From an uncultured Gammaproteobacteria bacterium (GTDB lineage Bacteria; Patescibacteriota; Microgenomatia; Levybacterales; GWA1-39-11), in the NCBI GenBank assembly GCA_964537315.1, contig CAZIAP010000005.1:18669-82668 (forward strand): 64,000 nt of DNA, written 5' to 3'. The position numbers were made by a program, and so were the translations under genes. Positions 59,213-64,000 of this stretch are shown one piece after another. Each line of letters begins with the position of its first letter. Positions within the stretch are counted from its first letter, which is position 1. A model generated the notes under the pieces. The model searched no databases. It saw nothing but the letters and a program-made list of their open reading frames with translations, and was not told the origin of the DNA.

Positions 59213-60322
59213 TTATTCGGAGTTAAGATCACGTTCTAAATCTTTACTTTCTTCGTCTTCGACTCCTACTTCAAGCAACGGTTTGCCATCTTGGGACTTT
59301 GCCATTACTTCTTTGTGTATTTTTTGTGCAAGGTCACTATTTTCTCTTAGATATGCCTTTGCGTTTTCTCTGCCTTGTCCAAGCATTTGCTCACCATAAC
59401 GTAGAAACGCGCCTGACTTTGATATAATTCCCGTTTCAATTCCAACATCAAGAAGTCCTCCCTCTCTTGATATTCCTTCACCACTCATCACATCAAACTC
59501 AGCTACACGGAATGGAGGAGACATTTTATTTTTAACTACTTTGACCCTTACTCGGTTGCCGATAACTTTATCACCGTCTTTTAACTGCTCAATTCTTCGC
59601 ACATCAAGTCTTACAGAAGCGTAAAACTTCAACGCTAAACCTCCAGTAGTTGTTTCCGGATTTCCGAACATTACTCCAATTTTTTGTCTCAGCTGATTGG
59701 TAAATATACAGACTGTATTACTACGTGAGATTACACCTGTGAGTTTGCGCAAAGCTTGGGACATAAGGCGCGCCTGCACACCGACCGATGCATCTCCCAT
59801 TTCTCCCTCAAGTTCTGATCTAGGTACTAAGGCTGCGACTGAGTCTACAACGAGCACATCAACAGCTCCACTTCGAATCAGCTGTTCTGTAATTTCTAGT
59901 GCCTGTTCTCCTGTGTCAGGTTGAGAGATGATGAGATCGTCCAACTTAACCCCAATTGTCTGTGCCCATACCGGATCAAGTGCGTGTTCAGCATCAATAA
60001 ATGCTGCAGTTCCCCCACGTTTTTGTGCTTCTGCAATAACTGATAGACAAATAGTAGTTTTTCCTGAGGCTTCAGGACCGTAGATCTCAACGATTCTACC
60101 TCTGGGAAGTCCGCCTATTCCGAGTGCGATATCAAGAGGAAGTGCCCCGGTCGGAACGACGTCAATTTGCAGTTTTTTAGCCGCTTCACCAAATCGCATG
60201 ATTGAACCTTTGCCGTACTGTCTTTCAATCTGCTCCATAGCCATTTTAATGGCATTCATTTTTTCTGTTGCATCTGATTTTTGGTCTCCTGTGGGGATTT
60301 GTGCTTTTGGTGATCGTGCCAT
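59213..60322 (-). CDS. recA: recombinase A
   Basis: [15 protein letters not shown] and [12 protein letters not shown] motifs. Confidence 0.99.
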   Translation of the reverse strand: MARSPKAQIPTGDQKSDATEKMNAIKMAMEQIERQYGKGSIMRFGEAAKKLQIDVVPTGALPLDIALGIGGLPRGRIVEIYGPEASGKTTICLSVIAEAQKRGGTAAFIDAEHALDPVWAQTIGVKLDDLIISQPDTGEQALEITEQLIRSGAVDVLVVDSVAALVPRSELEGEMGDASVGVQARLMSQALRKLTGVISRSNTVCIFTNQLRQKIGVMFGNPETTTGGLALKFYASVRLDVRRIEQLKDGDKVIGNRVRVKVVKNKMSPPFRVAEFDVMSGEGISREGGLLDVGIETGIISKSGAFLRYGEQMLGQGRENAKAYLRENSDLAQKIHKEVMAKSQDGKPLLEVGVEDEESKDLERDLNSE

Positions 60323-60396
60323 ACAGTTATATTAATATATCAGATCTATGTTAAAATGCAAGAACAAAATTCGAAAGGAATTCGTAAATTTCTAGC

Positions 60397-60467
60397 CGGG
60401 ATATCGTATAGTGGCAGTATGTACGCATGGGGTGCGTGCGGCCTCGGTTCGATTCCGAGTATCCCGA
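60397..60467 (+). tRNA. tRNA-Pro(GGG), CCA not encoded
   Basis: Acceptor CGGGATA/TATCCCG; anticodon arm TACGC-ATGGGGT-GCGTG; T arm CTCGG-TTCGATT-CCGAG. Confidence 0.93.
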
Positions 60468-60493
60468 CATTACACAAACTTAGTGTCAGTGAA

Positions 60494-61708
60494 TTACCTG
60501 AACTCTATATCTAGAAAGCTTCTTACTTTTGAAAAGATCTGGGTGATTCCTTTTCTTTTGCGTCTCTCGTAAACGGCTACGTTTTTTTCATATATTGATT
60601 CAATTTTGGCTATAGCACGGTCTATAGAAAACTCTGTAGCTTTCAACCGTGAGTTTTCGCCCATATTTTTTCTCAACTCACCATCGTTCAAAAGCTGTGT
60701 GACAGCGCTTGCAAAAGACTTAATATTTGAGCGGACTAAAAGGCCTTCACTTTTATTTTTGATCAGCTCATTAAATGGAGGTATGTTAAGTGTTACTACC
60801 GGCAATCCTGCTGCCATTGCCTCAAGAATTACTTTTCCTAACGTCTCAGTTTTTGACGCAAAAACAAATAGATCTGCGCTATGAAAAATAGAAGGTATTT
60901 TTTTATAATCAACTTCACCAAGAAAGTGAGTAGATTTATTGATCCCAAGTTGTTTTGATAAATTTATTAAATGTTGTTTTTGTGTGCCATTACCAACCAG
61001 GACTAAAGTAGTTTCAGGATTTGACTTATGTATAGTAGCGAAAGAGTGAAGCAACGTATCTACCGATTTCTCCTTTCCCAATCTGCCTACATACAATAAA
61101 ATTTTATTGCCAGAAGGTATTTTCAACTTTCTACGTAAAAAATCGCTATTCCCGGATTTATACTTAGAGAGATCAAGACCATGATGAATAACGGTAATTG
61201 GTTTTGTTACTCCATAACTCTTAAGCTCTTTTCTTGATATATTACTCGGAGAAATAATCTCACTACAAGAGTTTGAGAAAAGTTGTGTAATCTTTTCAAC
61301 TATTTTAGGGTGTATAAGTTTTCCAGCAGGCAAGTAGTGAGTGTAACGATTCCAGAATGTATGATGAGAGAGGATAAAAGGAATATTTTTCCTTTTAGCT
61401 ATTGTCCACCCAAGCATGGTAATTGGACCGTCTCCATGCCCATGAATAATATCAAAGTCCAGCTTCAATAACTGACGAAATGCTCTTTCAGGGAGGTAGA
61501 TAGCCAAACGCATACCCACCTGTTTTTTATAGTTGATCGATGAAAGCCTAATAACAGTGTGTTTTTTATCTTTATATCCAGGATATTTAGGAGCTATAAT
61601 TGTTACTTTATGACCTCGTGCTGCCAACGCGTCAGCGTATTCTGCAACAGAAGTTGCAACACCATTTTTCTGCGGCAGATACCCATCGGCAAAAAATCCT
61701 ACTTTCAT
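60494..61708 (-). CDS. GT4 glycosyltransferase
   Basis: PQKNGVATS, VGRLGKEK and ETLGKVILEAMAAG motifs. Confidence 0.92.
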   Translation of the reverse strand: MKVGFFADGYLPQKNGVATSVAEYADALAARGHKVTIIAPKYPGYKDKKHTVIRLSSINYKKQVGMRLAIYLPERAFRQLLKLDFDIIHGHGDGPITMLGWTIAKRKNIPFILSHHTFWNRYTHYLPAGKLIHPKIVEKITQLFSNSCSEIISPSNISRKELKSYGVTKPITVIHHGLDLSKYKSGNSDFLRRKLKIPSGNKILLYVGRLGKEKSVDTLLHSFATIHKSNPETTLVLVGNGTQKQHLINLSKQLGINKSTHFLGEVDYKKIPSIFHSADLFVFASKTETLGKVILEAMAAGLPVVTLNIPPFNELIKNKSEGLLVRSNIKSFASAVTQLLNDGELRKNMGENSRLKATEFSIDRAIAKIESIYEKNVAVYERRKRKGITQIFSKVRSFLDIEFR

Positions 61709-61762
61709 AATTAAGGATATTTATTATACTTTTTTATCTTGTCATAATCAAAGCAGATATAG

Positions 61763-62494
61763 CTATCTGATTACTTGTTGTTTAACCGGTGGATTTTTTT
61801 GTAATAAGTTTATAAAAATATAACCAAGAACATACTCAAACAACGTCTTTATTATCCCGTTTTTCCATCTTCTTGCAGAAGTTTGCACTTTTAAGTCAGA
61901 AACATACTTAACTATTCCTAATTTCTTCAGTCTTTTTCCGAGGTCCACATCACTGCTCATTATCATATTTATATTAATCCCACCTGCCTTTTTATATGAA
62001 TCACTTCTGAATGCCATATTGAAACCTGAAAAATTAGGAATACCTATGAAAAAAGATAATCTAAGAAAAAATGAATATAAAAGCTGCATGATATAACTAA
62101 GAAATGTATTGTCAAAATCAACTAACGCAGACCCGGTTATCCCGACAACTTTCTTATCATTAAAACACTGTGCTACTGTTTTTAACCATTCTCTATCTAC
62201 TATTGAGTCTGCGTCTGTGCAAGCAATAATGTCACCTTTTGCTGAGTCACAACCTTTTTTCAGTGCATATGTATTACCTTGTGTGGGAGCATTCACAACT
62301 TTAGCACCGTAGGATTTTGCTATCTTAACTGTATCATCGGTTGAGTTGTTATCAGACACAATTACTTCATAATTGTTATCAGGATAATCTTGCTCTTTTA
62401 GAGACTCTAAACAATTAACGATATATTTTTCTTCATTAAAAGCAGGAATAATGACCGATATGTATGGTAAGTTATTGCTAGTTAAATGTTTCAT
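61763..62494 (-). CDS. GT2 glycosyltransferase
   Basis: SVIIPAFNEE, DNNSTD, TDAD and TSARR motifs; ATG at 62494. Confidence 0.92.
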   Translation of the reverse strand: MKHLTSNNLPYISVIIPAFNEEKYIVNCLESLKEQDYPDNNYEVIVSDNNSTDDTVKIAKSYGAKVVNAPTQGNTYALKKGCDSAKGDIIACTDADSIVDREWLKTVAQCFNDKKVVGITGSALVDFDNTFLSYIMQLLYSFFLRLSFFIGIPNFSGFNMAFRSDSYKKAGGININMIMSSDVDLGKRLKKLGIVKYVSDLKVQTSARRWKNGIIKTLFEYVLGYIFINLLQKNPPVKQQVIR

Positions 62495-62531
62495 AAGTAT
62501 TCTATAGTATACTACGAACACAGCATAAGTT

Positions 62532-62894
62532 ATGGAACTTCGTTTAGGTGCACATACTTCAATTATCGGCGGATACACTTCCGCGTTGCAGAGCATTCAT
62601 TCAGATGAACCAGTAGGTAGGACAAGCAAAATATTCAATCGAGGTAACATCAAAGATACATTTAAAGGATTTTTTAATCGTCCTGACGCCACAGTAAGAG
62701 TGGGAGAACCTCGATATTTAGAAAAAATTGATCCAGAAAATTTTGCAAGATTTCAAGAGATTTTGGCAAAAGATGCTAGTCAACGAACACAAGAAGAAGC
62801 AGATTTTCGAAAGTGTTATAGCTGTCTGAACAACGATTACAGCAGCGACTCCGAACATAATCGTATGATATCCCTGAGAGGGAAGGAAGAATGA
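62532..62894 (+). pseudogene. chimeric ORF: first about 23 codons of nfo fused to unrelated sequence
   Basis: MELRLGAHTSIIGGYTSALQSIH matches the nfo N-terminus at 63347 and then diverges at 62601. Confidence 0.65.
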
Positions 62895-63409
62895 TCTTCC
62901 TGTTCTTTCTGGAAAGTTTTGGATATAACCTTCGAGTCCAAAGACTACAACCAGCCCGATTGCTAGTACAAGTATGTGCCACCATGTTGCCTCATACCAT
63001 TTCCCTTGTCTTTCATAGTTTTGCAACACAACTGCTGCGAAACCTCCAAAGATAGGAAGAAAAATATTATCACCAAACTTGAATGATCTAAATTTGGTGG
63101 TATAGTCTGCACTCTCCATGGTAAAACGAATCACCATCGTGATGTTGAAGGATACGAAGGCGAGAAAAAATCCAAATCCGAATTTCATGCTCCAGAGTGT
63201 CTCCAAGATGTTAAACATCTTAGTAACCTTTCTATTATTACCGAGTTATAAACGAACGAAGCAATTATATCAATAAATAAGCCTATAGTCAAAGAGAGTG
63301 TTTCAGAGAGCCACATCTTTTGTGGCTTGTACGGTATAATTACAAGATGAGAATAGGTGCACATACTTCAATTATCGGCGGATACACCTCCGCGTTGCAG
63401 AGCATTCAT
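62545..63409. repeat. 56-bp direct repeat (62545-62600 and 63354-63409) flanking 753 bp
   Basis: 55 of 56 positions identical; the mismatch is synonymous (ACT/ACC). Confidence 0.9.
62718..63218 (-). CDS. multi-TM orphan membrane protein, probably 3'-truncated
   Basis: TTGACT-N17-TATAAT promoter, AGAAAGG SD and about four TM helices; the last ~30 codons are antisense to the plus-strand fragment. Confidence 0.6.
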   Translation of the reverse strand: MFNILETLWSMKFGFGFFLAFVSFNITMVIRFTMESADYTTKFRSFKFGDNIFLPIFGGFAAVVLQNYERQGKWYEATWWHILVLAIGLVVVFGLEGYIQNFPERTGRSFFLPSQGYHTIMFGVAAVIVVQTAITLSKICFFLCSLTSIFCQNLLKSCKIFWINFF

Positions 63410-64000
63410 GATAAAGGAGGAAACTGTATGCAGATATTTTCTTCTTCTCCCCGTATCTGGAAACGTGCTATTGTTACTGATACACAAATTAAAGAGTTCA
63501 AAGAGACGAAGAAAAAACTGGATATTGATCCGGTCTACTTTCATGCCTCGTATCTTATTAATCTTGCAAATCCTGATAGAGGAGGATATGCTTCAGTATC
63601 TGCACTTACAGAAGAGCTTACACTAGCTCACAGAATGGATATTAGAGGAAGTATTATTCATCTTGGATCACTGGCAAACGGAACATATAAACAACTAATT
63701 ACAAACATCGAAAAAATATTAGATTCAACACCGGATGACGTACAATTTATTGCAGAAAATGCTGGAACAAGAAAAATTGGAACAAATCTAGACGAGCTTG
63801 GAAATATACTTCGAGACGTGTCTAGCAAGAGAATAAAAATATGTCTTGATACCTGCCACTTACATGCTGCAGGATATGATTTGAGTACAGAAAAAAGTTT
63901 TGAACTGTTTTTTGCAGAGTTTGATAAAAAAATTGGTCTTGAAAAGCTTGAAGTGATTCATGTCAACGATAGTCGTGATTCTTTCGGTACAAATAGAGAT
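63347..64000 (+). CDS. nfo: endonuclease IV, runs off the window end
   Basis: MRIGAH, QIFSSSPR.W, HASYLINLA, ENAG, CLDTCHLHAAGYD and HVNDS motifs; not in the ORF track. Confidence 0.95.
   Translation, partial: MRIGAHTSIIGGYTSALQSIHDKGGNCMQIFSSSPRIWKRAIVTDTQIKEFKETKKKLDIDPVYFHASYLINLANPDRGGYASVSALTEELTLAHRMDIRGSIIHLGSLANGTYKQLITNIEKILDSTPDDVQFIAENAGTRKIGTNLDELGNILRDVSSKRIKICLDTCHLHAAGYDLSTEKSFELFFAEFDKKIGLEKLEVIHVNDSRDSFGTNRD

Noticed and set aside
60361-60385. LexA (SOS) box upstream of recA
   Set aside because: GAACAAAATTCG does not fit GAAC-N4-GTTC or CTGT-N8-ACAG well enough.
60397-60480. tRNA-Pro as an island integration site
   Set aside because: I saw no duplicate of the tRNA 3' end in the window.
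993-62312. Numerous short antisense or overlapping ORFs in the track (e.g. 993-1322, 4750-5049, 9628-9921, 44322-44738, 54431-54802)
   Set aside because: They are shadows of well-supported genes on the other strand or frame and have no motifs or start signals.
63357-63626. 89-aa ORF in the track
   Set aside because: It is an out-of-frame overlap of nfo, which starts at 63347 and runs off the window.
1-64000. CRISPR array
   Set aside because: No 25-45 bp repeats separated by unique spacers of regular length, and no cas1/cas2; the repeats seen are short tandem or dispersed.
1-64000. Alternative genetic code (TGA = Gly or Trp), suggested by the TGA at 4478-4480
   Set aside because: serA, the DUF1003 gene, the receiver gene, GH18 and recX end at TGA at their expected lengths, and conserved genes have no internal TGA.

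Overview
AT-rich bacterial DNA in genetic code 11, most consistent with a Patescibacteria/CPR genome of the Microgenomates type. This is inferred from the missing uL30, the N-terminally shortened uL2, the TrpR-like gene and the many small membrane-anchored orphans. About 1-38.5 kb is a mixed housekeeping/accessory region: serB-serA fusion plus serC, bcp, msrA, radC, xseAB, a two-component pair, three CAP proteins, an ABC exporter, GH18 and many orphans. About 38.7-58.2 kb holds tuf and the S10-spc-alpha-rplM/rpsI ribosomal protein cluster. The end of the window carries recX, a TrpR-like gene, recA, tRNA-Pro(GGG), two glycosyltransferases and a partial nfo. I saw no CRISPR array, rRNA, integrase or transposase. 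The most interesting signals are non-coding or sub-genic. (1) Period-7 palindromic elements fill ribosomal-operon spacers and end at the SD position, and other period-7 arrays are scattered through the window. (2) A 30-nt REP-like unit is translated in frame inside the L3/L4/L22 tails. (3) Genes fall into two architectures: leaderless conserved genes versus SD-led orphans carrying a boxA-like motif. (4) Two ABM-like orphans are each followed by the same long hairpin. (5) A shared 4x11-bp box array lies upstream of two CAP genes. (6) A TrpR-like gene is bracketed by a 14-bp inverted repeat. (7) A 56-bp duplication of the nfo 5' end flanks a decayed insert. (8) A terminator/antiterminator leader precedes rplC, and rpmJ is relocated. 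All protein calls come from motif recognition by eye; no database search was run.
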